The notes beneath the pieces were generated by a model. The model worked only from the letters and a program-made list of their open reading frames with translations. It had not been told where the DNA came from and made no database searches. A stretch of DNA of 64,000 nucleotides from Escherichia coli (GTDB taxonomy: Bacteria > Pseudomonadota > Gammaproteobacteria > Enterobacterales > Enterobacteriaceae). The number at the start of each line of letters is the position of its first letter. Position 1 is the stretch's first letter. A program made the position numbers and the translations under genes. The stretch lies in the NCBI GenBank assembly GCA_022969815.1, contig GCA_022969815.1_4535.1; one strand, given 5' to 3'. Below are positions 28,371-37,523 of this stretch, piece after piece.

Positions 28371-31202
28371 TTATGGCCTCAAGTCAATACCGATGTTTGG
28401 TAAGCTGGATTGTGCATTGCTTCGACGATACAAAGCGTACAGACCAAAGCCACGGAGGATTTCTCCAGAGTGGAAACCAAACGCCGGAGCGTTATCATTT
28501 GCAGCATCAGGGTTAGAACTCCAAGAACCGTTCATTACATGGTTGGGACCAGCAACAACATAATTCTCTTGCAGGAGGTCAAAGCAACGATCCGCTACGA
28601 TGGAAATATTAGGGATCTGGTTTTCCAGATTAGCCAACCCGATATAACAGCAACCCGCCAGGAACAATGCAGACATGTGGGATGTAAAGTCCCATGTAGG
28701 AGCCGAGACTGTGCCATCAGGCATGAAGATTGTAGGAGTACGCCCTTCGTTGTTGTCTTGGAACCACTTCAGATAGTTCACCCAGTTCTTAGTCACTGTC
28801 ATGAGTTTGGCTGGAATAGGTTCACCACGAGCTTGCAGTTCATGCAAACAACGAGCACCACAATAAAATGCACGAGCTTCATATCCATCCCAAGCTTTTT
28901 CATTCCAGTGTTTCATTGTAAACTGGTTCTTTTCCCCGTACTTCAATGCATCCCAACGATCCCATACAAAGGCTTGAGCCATTGGTCCAGGCATAACAGG
29001 ATCAAATGTTTCATAGAACCACATTTGAGAGTCATAAAGGAAGTTGATACTTTCTGTTAATCGTGTATACTCAATATTCTCACCAGCAAAGCAATACAAT
29101 ACTGGGTACTGGTATCCAGGGTAGGGCAGTCCACGCCAACCATCAAAGAGCGCCGTATTAGGATCGCTAATGTTGGAGAATGGAATAATACCTGGTGTGT
29201 AATGGAGGCTATTCAGTTTGTAGTCAACAATTACGCAGTCGCCAAGTTTCGCGCTGTATGGATTTTGTGCTTGCAAAGAGATGCGGAAATACATTGTGTA
29301 ATCATCACCATTTGCAGAAGAATACCGAGTAGGTACTTCATTCACACAATACCAATCAAACTGTGCGTTAACACCATTAACAGGATCAGTGTCCAATCCG
29401 ATGTTGATTTGGTCGAGAGCACTAATGTCGATAGTCGCAGGTTTAGGATCTGTTTCTGGGTGATTCGGTTGCCAAGAGCTTAACTGGAAACTTGCCGCAG
29501 TTATTGTCTTAGTTACCCAAGTCCCACCAGTTTTCTCCAACATAGCCCACCATCTCCATCCGTCTTTATCCGTCAATGTGATATTGAAATCATCATTGTA
29601 AGTACGGTAAGATAAAGATTGGAGTGGTGCTACTTCTTCATCCAGTAACCAGAAACCAATAGAGATTCCACCGTCAGTATCCATAACCGCAGTGCAAATC
29701 TGATCGCTAATGTTTGAAGGTAAAATATTCGTTGTATACTGGAAGTTTACCACAGTATTGTCACCCCAGTCAATAACATTTCGCGGATCAGCAACAATAT
29801 ACTGTCCACCACCTGGAGGTGTTGAACGAATGAAGCTGGATAGCGGAATATCCATCGACTGGATAGAGGTTGTCGCTGTTGGGATACCACAACGATAATC
29901 TACCAGGTCATCATTCGTTTTTGTCTTACTCAAAGACAATTCTGGACGGAAGATAACAGGGACACCCGCATCATCCACACCTGCAAACTCTACACGCAAT
30001 TTGGAATTATTATCCACACGGAACCAAATAGCTTGTTGCTCCATTGTCGTCTGTGCAGCCACTTTCTGACGAATGGTAATGTACCCTTGAGCATCACGAC
30101 CAAAATCAGCCGTAGATCCTGATGGATAGTAATAGTCATAACTAATACCATCTGTGAACGGAATACTTGCCAATGTGGATTTACGGAAGAACTTGTCGAA
30201 ACGGTCAATATCAGAGTAATCAATACAAACCATCAAAGAAGACTTCCATGCCAGACGATACTTTTCTTCTCCGGTGATCTTGTACATCATGTAACAAGCA
30301 TCGCACCACCAAGTTTCAGCATCGGAAGCATTATCTGCAAACGAAATATCAATCGGAACGTTTACTGGGCGGTTATGCCACATTTCGTTACGTCCGATCA
30401 GATAACCACCTTTGTCTACAGGATTACATGTTGCATAGTTGAACTTGTAGTTGCCAGTGACTGTCTTGTTTTTCAGTTGAACCGTACCGTACTCGGAAAG
30501 AGAGTGTCCAGTAGAAAGAATGTTTCCGTCCCAGTCTACTTTACGTCCCAGACGATCGATAATCCAATCTACATCCCACTGACTACCCTTAACGTCCCAA
30601 TCTGTTGATCCGTCTGCCTTGGTGCCATATACTGTAGCGTTTACAGAGTTCCATCCCAGATTACCGTCGAAAGCAAACCAAGCTTTATCCAAGTATTCTC
30701 CCCAATGTGGAGCACCTTTAGGAATCACTGTGCGTCCGTTGGTCCAAGTCATCACGCTTCCTTTAAAGCCGCCGTGAGTTGGATACCCATCGTCTGTCAG
30801 AGGATAGTGAGCCAAACGAGGCTCCTTTCCGTTGATGATCCAGTTAGGACGATATTTTGCCGGAGGATTAGGGATTGGCTGACCACCAAAGAAGTGGTCA
30901 ATGTAAGCTTGCCAGTAAGTTTTAGCCAAGTCAAGATACTTAACATCGCCAGTACCCAAATAAGCATAAGCACACCCCAGAACTAAAACAGATTGACCTT
31001 CTGTGGTCGCATCTCCGTTGGGCTGTCCTTCCTGTCCAGTCCAGTTGATGAAGTGTCGGTTGTTTGCAAGAACATGCTCTGGGTTGATAAGGTAATGCTG
31101 TACCGTTGGGTCGATTGTCAAACCTGTGCTTCTTTCCATGAACTGGACATGACCATCAATCAGTTGGAAAGCATTATCAATATTGTGCTTAATTTGAGAC
31201 AT
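28371..31202 (-). CDS. large baseplate/tail-associated protein, possible C-terminal glycosidase-like domain
   Basis: 943 aa; Trp/Tyr/Asp-rich, consistent with a carbohydrate-active fold; position in baseplate block. Confidence 0.45.
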   Translation of the reverse strand: MSQIKHNIDNAFQLIDGHVQFMERSTGLTIDPTVQHYLINPEHVLANNRHFINWTGQEGQPNGDATTEGQSVLVLGCAYAYLGTGDVKYLDLAKTYWQAYIDHFFGGQPIPNPPAKYRPNWIINGKEPRLAHYPLTDDGYPTHGGFKGSVMTWTNGRTVIPKGAPHWGEYLDKAWFAFDGNLGWNSVNATVYGTKADGSTDWDVKGSQWDVDWIIDRLGRKVDWDGNILSTGHSLSEYGTVQLKNKTVTGNYKFNYATCNPVDKGGYLIGRNEMWHNRPVNVPIDISFADNASDAETWWCDACYMMYKITGEEKYRLAWKSSLMVCIDYSDIDRFDKFFRKSTLASIPFTDGISYDYYYPSGSTADFGRDAQGYITIRQKVAAQTTMEQQAIWFRVDNNSKLRVEFAGVDDAGVPVIFRPELSLSKTKTNDDLVDYRCGIPTATTSIQSMDIPLSSFIRSTPPGGGQYIVADPRNVIDWGDNTVVNFQYTTNILPSNISDQICTAVMDTDGGISIGFWLLDEEVAPLQSLSYRTYNDDFNITLTDKDGWRWWAMLEKTGGTWVTKTITAASFQLSSWQPNHPETDPKPATIDISALDQINIGLDTDPVNGVNAQFDWYCVNEVPTRYSSANGDDYTMYFRISLQAQNPYSAKLGDCVIVDYKLNSLHYTPGIIPFSNISDPNTALFDGWRGLPYPGYQYPVLYCFAGENIEYTRLTESINFLYDSQMWFYETFDPVMPGPMAQAFVWDRWDALKYGEKNQFTMKHWNEKAWDGYEARAFYCGARCLHELQARGEPIPAKLMTVTKNWVNYLKWFQDNNEGRTPTIFMPDGTVSAPTWDFTSHMSALFLAGCCYIGLANLENQIPNISIVADRCFDLLQENYVVAGPNHVMNGSWSSNPDAANDNAPAFGFHSGEILRGFGLYALYRRSNAQSSLPNIGIDLRP

Positions 31203-31675
31203 TAGATCACTCCCGCCATTACCATACTTCCAATCCAGGAAGCACCGTTGTCTAAACTGATAAATTCAAAAGTATCGATCGCACCTTGACGATAACTCAA
31301 AACAGGTGCACGCCCAAAACTCCACTTAACCGATGCTGGCCATACCACTTTATTCGCCCCACTACCCTGACGCAAAGCCAAACTAAAGTTTAAAACTGTC
31401 GCTGTGGTAACAGGAATGTTTGTAAAGCTGATCGTACAAGAAGCGGAAGAGAGAGTCGCATAAAAATACTCTGCCGAACCCACATCTAAAGCCAATGTAC
31501 TGGTGGCAGTGCCACGGGTACTTAAACGATTACGAGTAACCCCAGCACCATTCAAAAGAACGCGCAGGGACGTTTTCTTAGTTATCCCTGCCTGATCCGT
31601 TACAAAGAAATCTGTATCTGAGACAGACGTGGTTTGAACCAAATCTGTAACTTTGATAGTTGTTAAATCTGCCAT
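31202..31675 (-). CDS. hypothetical baseplate/tail protein
   Basis: ORF in baseplate block. Confidence 0.45.
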   Translation of the reverse strand: MADLTTIKVTDLVQTTSVSDTDFFVTDQAGITKKTSLRVLLNGAGVTRNRLSTRGTATSTLALDVGSAEYFYATLSSASCTISFTNIPVTTATVLNFSLALRQGSGANKVVWPASVKWSFGRAPVLSYRQGAIDTFEFISLDNGASWIGSMVMAGVI

Positions 31676-31676
31676 T

Positions 31677-32297
31677 TTATACTCCTGTCATAGCCGTAAG
31701 GCCGAAGTTATTACTTGTTGAAAGAACTGAACCAGAATCGCTAACCATCATGCGTTCAACAGCAGTTTCCGTCGCCCATTCATTCCACCAAGTAGAATAT
31801 GTATTTTCAGGCAGACCAACAAAGTTAATGAAGCGGTACAGACGGTTAGAAGATTCAACAATGGTATATGCTTCACAAGTGATTGCTGCATTGTCATCGC
31901 CAGCTTCTGGGTAAATAAATTCTTCAGAAGGTTGGGTGTTGAAACTTGTTGTTACTGTGTCTGCGCCTACTGTGACAACAACATCCATATTATAATAGCG
32001 TTGGTCACGATCGTAATAAGATTTGTAAGAATTGATTGTGTCTATATAAATGTTCTTGGCAATCTCTGCCAGGAAGATTCGGTCCACAATATCTTTCTTT
32101 CGTGCTACACCGATAATCTCTTGCAGGTAAGGAACACCGAACGAGGTGTTAAGGAACCATTCTCCACGATATGTTTTGAGGGTGATCCCTAATGTCTGCG
32201 CTGCAATCTCGGTACGAGTGGTTGTCAAAACAAGATCCCCATCATCCATGATGAGGTCGTTGTCTGATCCCAATTTTAAATCATATGGGATACCCAT
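31677..32297 (-). CDS. baseplate wedge-like protein, tentative
   Basis: Position and size. Confidence 0.4.
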   Translation of the reverse strand: MGIPYDLKLGSDNDLIMDDGDLVLTTTRTEIAAQTLGITLKTYRGEWFLNTSFGVPYLQEIIGVARKKDIVDRIFLAEIAKNIYIDTINSYKSYYDRDQRYYNMDVVVTVGADTVTTSFNTQPSEEFIYPEAGDDNAAITCEAYTIVESSNRLYRFINFVGLPENTYSTWWNEWATETAVERMMVSDSGSVLSTSNNFGLTAMTGV

Positions 32298-32299
32298 TA

Positions 32300-33034
32300 T
32301 TATGCTCCTGAAGGTTTCAAGGATTCCGCACTTGAGCTTCCGCTCTGAATGTTGCGAACCGTATGGGTGTGGGTATGGAAGCCAATACCATTACCGTCTG
32401 TCATCAATCCATTCTGATCAATCTGTAGTCCGTTAATGTTTGCAGACGTGCCTTTGAAAGTCATGACACCACCTGTCAAATCCAGGGTGCCGGAACCGTC
32501 TGTCATTGTTATTCCAGAAGGAGTAATATCAATCTTCATTCCTTGGCTATTCCATATAGATATAGTGCCAGAAGGATCGAAAGATGCATACGTGTTTTTG
32601 TTATTTGAAATAACTACCTTCTCGGAATCTACTGCTTCTGTTGAATCGGTGCCTGTGGAAATCTTAGGAATAAAGCAAATCGGATATAAACCGCAAGGCT
32701 GCATCAATGTAGTCGTTGTGGCTGCTTCTCCAGAAGTTTGCATTGCATTCGAAGGATCTCGTTCAGAGAAAATAACAACACCAATATCACCGGATTTAAT
32801 AGGGAAGGAGATACGCCCTGTACCTCCTCCGTTAACCATAAAAGGAACATCGTGGAAGGTTGGATAGTCGATAGAATCTTCTTCTGATCGCGTATTCTTC
32901 ACAATGGATTCCAATGTCAGTGTTTTTGCACCGTAGTTAACACCTGTAACTCGCACTGGTAATGAGGTATGCACCTCTGCCAGTTGTTCTGTCATCATGC
33001 CACGCATTGCTGTGACAAAGTTCAAAGCATCCAT
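32300..33034 (-). CDS. baseplate spike (gpV-like) protein, tentative
   Basis: Position; Gly-rich beta composition. Confidence 0.4.
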   Translation of the reverse strand: MDALNFVTAMRGMMTEQLAEVHTSLPVRVTGVNYGAKTLTLESIVKNTRSEEDSIDYPTFHDVPFMVNGGGTGRISFPIKSGDIGVVIFSERDPSNAMQTSGEAATTTTLMQPCGLYPICFIPKISTGTDSTEAVDSEKVVISNNKNTYASFDPSGTISIWNSQGMKIDITPSGITMTDGSGTLDLTGGVMTFKGTSANINGLQIDQNGLMTDGNGIGFHTHTHTVRNIQSGSSSAESLKPSGA

Positions 33035-34047
33035 TATTTACCTTCCTTCGTCATAATTGCAGATACAGATACACACTCAACTTCTGTCACCCACTCGCTA
33101 CCTTCCTTGTCCCCGTGATGCGATACAGATACCACTTTAAATGGACCATCATAATCGCGGCTCTTGAGCCAAATGGTTTTTTCAGGTAAGATTGCACCAT
33201 TCATCTGGCATTTGAACTTCACACCGTCTGTAGGTTTCTTGGCTTTCTTAGAAGCTTTAGTCACCTTCTTGGCAGGTTTGATATCGTTGTGGAATGGTTC
33301 TGGGCTTCCTATCAACCCTGTTTCAGGACTGATGTAGGCGCTTCTTGCGTTGGACATTTGAGAACGAGGTGTAACATAAACAGACCCATCTTGAATGGAC
33401 ACGTTATGATCAATACTCTTACAAATGTGTTCCAGGTAGTGTGAAGTATTTCCACACATCGCTGTCGCAGAAGAAAGGGTCTGATCATTATCAATATGAA
33501 TGTTACCTTCTGTTGTCCCAAGATCCTTAACAAGATCTGCAACAACACGTTTTACTTTCGTTCCTTTAGGGTAGCTACGACTGGTACGGGCTTCAGAGAT
33601 GTTGATACCCCCGTCCAGACAATGGAGAACAGTTTTACGATCGACGCTATCAAACGTATCACTTACCCACTGAATTGTACCCTTGAAAATCATAACCAAT
33701 TCTTGCCCTTCGTATCCAACTGCTAAAGCTACTGCCAGGTTGTTACGAATGCCTCGGTTGATGTAGTTTACTGTGTCATCCGACAGGTTGTAAATAGTAA
33801 TCTCCGCCTGGTTAGGATCTTTGTTATTATCTTTCTTGATATTGAAAGTAATTTGATGATGTTCAAGTAGATACAAATTAGAAGAAGATTTTGTAGTGCT
33901 TCCCAATTTAGTATCCAAATCTACTGTTGATTTAAAGGATGAGTTGCTTGTCCTTTTCTGCACGGTATTCGTTGCCGTACCAATCAACAGTTTATATGCC
34001 CTGTTCAGATTGGGAACAGGGGCTTTTGTATATTCTCTTTCTGCCAT
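33034..34047 (-). CDS. baseplate hub / tail protein, tentative
   Basis: ORF in tail block with ATGA-type coupling to the downstream gene. Confidence 0.4.
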   Translation of the reverse strand: MAEREYTKAPVPNLNRAYKLLIGTATNTVQKRTSNSSFKSTVDLDTKLGSTTKSSSNLYLLEHHQITFNIKKDNNKDPNQAEITIYNLSDDTVNYINRGIRNNLAVALAVGYEGQELVMIFKGTIQWVSDTFDSVDRKTVLHCLDGGINISEARTSRSYPKGTKVKRVVADLVKDLGTTEGNIHIDNDQTLSSATAMCGNTSHYLEHICKSIDHNVSIQDGSVYVTPRSQMSNARSAYISPETGLIGSPEPFHNDIKPAKKVTKASKKAKKPTDGVKFKCQMNGAILPEKTIWLKSRDYDGPFKVVSVSHHGDKEGSEWVTEVECVSVSAIMTKEGK

Positions 34048-34065
34048 ACAATCTCCCCTTAACTA

Positions 34066-34479
34066 TTAAGCTTGGTTCGATAGATTATCTATGTAAACCA
34101 AAACAAAACGTTTTTCAATTCCTGTTGTTGTGTAACCAGGACGACCATTAATCTTCACCGTGTCAATCATATAAAGCTGTCCGTCTGGAACGCCTTCAAG
34201 ATATTTGTACGGTTTCAACAGATCGAGTCCGTTGGTTATCTTAAACGTTACACTTGGTTCATCTCCTGACAAACCTATAAGACACTGCCAGGCTTCATCA
34301 CGAGTATTCCAGCGTAAACGTATGTCATAATCCACACCATCCAATGTTACGGTGTAGGTTTGGTCTGGATACTCTTCAGTTTTTAAATACCAGGCGAAGT
34401 AATCAGAACGGTCTTCCAAGAAGACAGCCTTGTATCCAGAGTTTGTTGTGCTTCGTGTTGCTTTAGAGTAAGTTGCCAC
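34066..34479 (-). CDS. hypothetical tail protein
   Basis: ORF. Confidence 0.45.
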   Translation of the reverse strand: MATYSKATRSTTNSGYKAVFLEDRSDYFAWYLKTEEYPDQTYTVTLDGVDYDIRLRWNTRDEAWQCLIGLSGDEPSVTFKITNGLDLLKPYKYLEGVPDGQLYMIDTVKINGRPGYTTTGIEKRFVLVYIDNLSNQA

Positions 34480-34481
34480 GA

Positions 34482-35216
34482 TTAACCTCCGTTATTCGAC
34501 GGTGTGTTGGTATCCCTTGCAGCATCCCTGTTGATCGGGTTGTCAACTTTAGCTCCGCCAGTTGGCGCTTTGCTCTTAACTTCACCACCAGTAGATTTGT
34601 TCGGAGCGGTCTTCACAGCTATCGCGTTAGTTGTTGCAGTGCTCACCAGACGAATCTGTTCCAGTTCCAGATTAAATTGCATAGCAAACTCTGAACGATA
34701 TTCGTAAGTGTAACCTTTCAGGATCACGTTCTCGAAAGTACGGTGTTCTGTCAATAGAACTATCGGTTGACGAGCATCAAAAATCTGATCCAAATACTCA
34801 ATTGCTTGAGAGATACGTGTTCCATTAACACCTGCACTGTAAAGCTGATCACGCATCAAACGTACAGGCGTTTCTGTAATAACACCTGTCAATTTAAAAG
34901 TGTTGTTGTTTATTTTGACGTTATCACTCACTGTACTACCTGATTCAACAGGGAAGCTTGTGATATCGGCTGAACGAGTTACTCCAACTTCCGGTGCGGA
35001 GTCGAAAGTAATCGCCATAAAGTTTTGTATGTATTGATCACTTGAGCTATTGTAAACACTGGCTAAGATACAAAAACCGTTATCACCTTTCACCGTGGAG
35101 GCGGAGTTATTCGTATTTTGTGTTGAGTTCACCTCTTGCTCGGATTTGTAGACGGCTCTTACCGACTGTTGTGGAGTCATTGCTGCCATGATAACCTCAT
35201 AGTAATGGTAATGCAA
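34482..35216 (-). CDS. hypothetical tail protein
   Basis: ORF. Confidence 0.45.
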   Translation of the reverse strand: MHYHYYEVIMAAMTPQQSVRAVYKSEQEVNSTQNTNNSASTVKGDNGFCILASVYNSSSDQYIQNFMAITFDSAPEVGVTRSADITSFPVESGSTVSDNVKINNNTFKLTGVITETPVRLMRDQLYSAGVNGTRISQAIEYLDQIFDARQPIVLLTEHRTFENVILKGYTYEYRSEFAMQFNLELEQIRLVSTATTNAIAVKTAPNKSTGGEVKSKAPTGGAKVDNPINRDAARDTNTPSNNGG

Positions 35217-35291
35217 AGAGGAAGATGCAAGATCTTCCCATATTGATTATAATACCACAAATGTCGCCGTTATGTCAATGTAAAAATAATC

Positions 35292-35321
35292 CTTGACTAC
35301 CGTGATCCGCCTTGCTACACT
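35292..35321 (+). promoter_or_regulatory. sigma70-like promoter for the plus-strand cassette gene
   Basis: TTGACT (35293-35298), 17-nt spacer, TACACT (35316-35321), upstream of RBS AAGGAGG and ATG 35347. Confidence 0.4.
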
Positions 35322-35346
35322 GTATTTATTAACTAAGGAGGAAATT

Positions 35347-36360
35347 ATGGGCGTGATTAAAGGTTGGGACATTCAGAAGAAAGAATGTGAAGAAGTGGCA
35401 AGACCAGGTATTACTGTTCTTGGATTTGTTGAACCGTGGAATGGTGCACATACTAAACTGATGCTGAAATGTGAGAAGCATGGAGAATGGAATACAACCT
35501 CCATCAACAACTTCAAAAAGAATGGTTCTGGTTGTAATGGTTGTCGAGCAGATATATGTGGTGCGAGAGCAGAAGGGAATAGTTTTGCAAGTAAAAATGC
35601 TATCTCAGATGAGCAACACATTAAGGATTTCTTGGCTACCGGATTGTTTGCAGAGGGGACGACTTTCGTAAACACAGGGGTGAAAACAAAAGCTAAGAAC
35701 GATTGTTTCTGGAAAGTAACTTGTCCTGTTTGTGCGGTAGACGAATACTCCAAAGCAGGATTAGGAGATGGATCTTTTGAAGCCAGAACTTCGCATATGA
35801 AACGGGGTCAAATCCCTTGTCGTTGCTCTCCTCGGCATATCTACTCTAAAGATCAGTGGATGTTTAGATTTCAGTTAATGTGTGAAGAAAAAGGTTATAC
35901 TTTTGTCAAGGCCATTTATGAAGGGGAAGCATACTCTCACGGAGATGTTGAATACACCTGTCCAGAACACGGCTCGCAACGCATGACTGTGAAGAACCTC
36001 ATGTCAGGTAAAGGTTGTCCAGAGTGTGCCAATAAAACGCAACAGTTCTGTTATATTAATGAAGTGTACGATGAAGATAATAATCTCTGTGCTCTTAAAT
36101 TTGGAATTGCCAATGATGCTGAACGTAGGATCAAAGGTCAGAATTCGAAGAATGCTTTCATAATGAAACAGAAAGTTGTCTACTTCTTTGATGATATCAA
36201 GTCGTGCCGAGCAGCGGAGAGGGAGTGTTTGAAGCTGTTGGAGTGCGGTGTTGTGAATAAATTTCAGTTGAAGGATGGACACACAGAAACAACACACCTT
36301 TCAAACTACACCAAGATTGTCGATATCTTTGAAGAATTTGGAGGGATGTTACAGAAATGA
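35347..36360 (+). CDS. zinc-ribbon repeat protein, possible free-standing homing endonuclease-like gene
   Basis: Opposite strand to the surrounding tail genes; own promoter-like and terminator elements; repeated HG.W...G.GC..C modules; weak GIY-YIG-like spacing (YINEVY ... LKFGIA ... RRIKGQN) near the C-terminus; about 0.8 kb from the intron. Confidence 0.4.
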   Translation: MGVIKGWDIQKKECEEVARPGITVLGFVEPWNGAHTKLMLKCEKHGEWNTTSINNFKKNGSGCNGCRADICGARAEGNSFASKNAISDEQHIKDFLATGLFAEGTTFVNTGVKTKAKNDCFWKVTCPVCAVDEYSKAGLGDGSFEARTSHMKRGQIPCRCSPRHIYSKDQWMFRFQLMCEEKGYTFVKAIYEGEAYSHGDVEYTCPEHGSQRMTVKNLMSGKGCPECANKTQQFCYINEVYDEDNNLCALKFGIANDAERRIKGQNSKNAFIMKQKVVYFFDDIKSCRAAERECLKLLECGVVNKFQLKDGHTETTHLSNYTKIVDIFEEFGGMLQK

Positions 36361-36386
36361 AAAAAGGGGCCGAAGCCCCTTTCTTT
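36361..36386. terminator. bidirectional terminator
   Basis: AAAAAGGGGC-CGAAG-CCCCTTTCTTTT. Confidence 0.65.
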
Positions 36387-37156
36387 TAGTTGCTGTTTGA
36401 CTGTCCACTTAACGTCTGCAAAGTCAGGCTCTGCATGAACGATTCAGAAGAAGCTTTAGCATTGAAATCAATGTAATCGGAAAGACGAGAAACATCACTT
36501 TGTAATGTCAAGGCAACTTCCGGTGTCAACGTAATGTTGAAGGTCGGGTTTGTCTGGTACTGCATAGCTTTAGATTGGAAATTCTGTGCGTCTTGACGAA
36601 TAGATTCTCCGGTAAACGTATAATTGTTTGCCGCAGATCCTGATCCATCTTTCTCAAAATATCCCACAACCTTATCCCAAATAGAAACACCTTCATCATT
36701 TTTGGAAGTGAGTCCATCTGAAACCGCCGCAAAAGGGTTAAAGGTTCTGTTCGCCATATCCCACACACTGGCATCTTTTCCTGTAGCTGCATAAATGAAA
36801 CCGAAGTTCTCGCGCATGAAGCTATCCAACCCTGTAAAGATGTTCAGGAACATGGTTGCAGTTTTGGCTGTGTTGACAGTTAACTTACCCATCTCTTCAC
36901 CCAAATCTTTCGCTACCTTATCCAACATTTTTACGTTGTCCAACCAGGACTCGTCTTTAGGTATTGCGTTCATAAATCCTTCCAGGAAATAGTTCTGCAT
37001 ACCTTGCCCGACCAAGCCTACCGTGGCAGTCAAGCGTGTGTACTCTTTAGAAGCTTCCATTTGCTCATTGGTCAACGCAGCACCAGTACGTTGAAGCATA
37101 CGGAGGGTTTCTTGGAAGCCTTCTCCGTTCTTGCTAAACATACGTTGGTAATGCAT
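36386..37156 (-). CDS. tail tape measure protein, C-terminal segment (3' exon; the ORF continues upstream of this ATG in frame to 37189)
   Basis: In-frame open reading continues 33 nt upstream of ATG 37156 into the intron 3' end; position after tube and chaperone genes. Confidence 0.5.
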   Translation of the reverse strand: MHYQRMFSKNGEGFQETLRMLQRTGAALTNEQMEASKEYTRLTATVGLVGQGMQNYFLEGFMNAIPKDESWLDNVKMLDKVAKDLGEEMGKLTVNTAKTATMFLNIFTGLDSFMRENFGFIYAATGKDASVWDMANRTFNPFAAVSDGLTSKNDEGVSIWDKVVGYFEKDGSGSAANNYTFTGESIRQDAQNFQSKAMQYQTNPTFNITLTPEVALTLQSDVSRLSDYIDFNAKASSESFMQSLTLQTLSGQSNSN

Positions 37157-37523
37157 GAGGTCGTCACCAAGGTTCTCAAGGCTTTGATTTTAAAGGAGTT
37201 TTTGTTAGTAACTCCCCCAGTTCTAACTTCGAACTGCTGCAACTTTCATTGCAGGAAAGACTATATCTTCATCTACGTGAGATGCTTCGCACTTCGCCCC
37301 ACTTGGGGCTACTCTACTCGCTTCCGTATCACTACGTGCTTTCGATAGTCGTTGAACTTTACTCTCGGTGAGAGTCTTAGCTGCTGATTACCCATTGTAC
37401 CATCTTGACAATTTTCAAGCATTCACGCCTGGCGTTGCCGCCTACGTTGTAGCTTGTCAAGCTTTAGGGAGTTCCAGCAATTCACGAAGTTTTCATTACC
37501 TTATCGCTAAGGTACGGCCCCTG
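37157..37523 (-). ncRNA. group I self-splicing intron (compact, no ORF) interrupting the tape measure gene; boundaries approximate
   Basis: On the minus strand the four conserved core elements occur in order: P AATTGCTGGAA (plus 37472-37482), Q AATCAGCAG (37381-37389), R GTTCAACGACTAT (37345-37357), S AAGATATAGTC (37259-37269), with P/Q and R/S pairings; region has no ORF. Confidence 0.75.

Noticed and set aside
35293-35346. Longer start (35293) for the zinc-ribbon cassette gene
   Set aside because: Would begin inside the promoter-like element and upstream of the strong AAGGAGG RBS; ATG 35347 is better supported.
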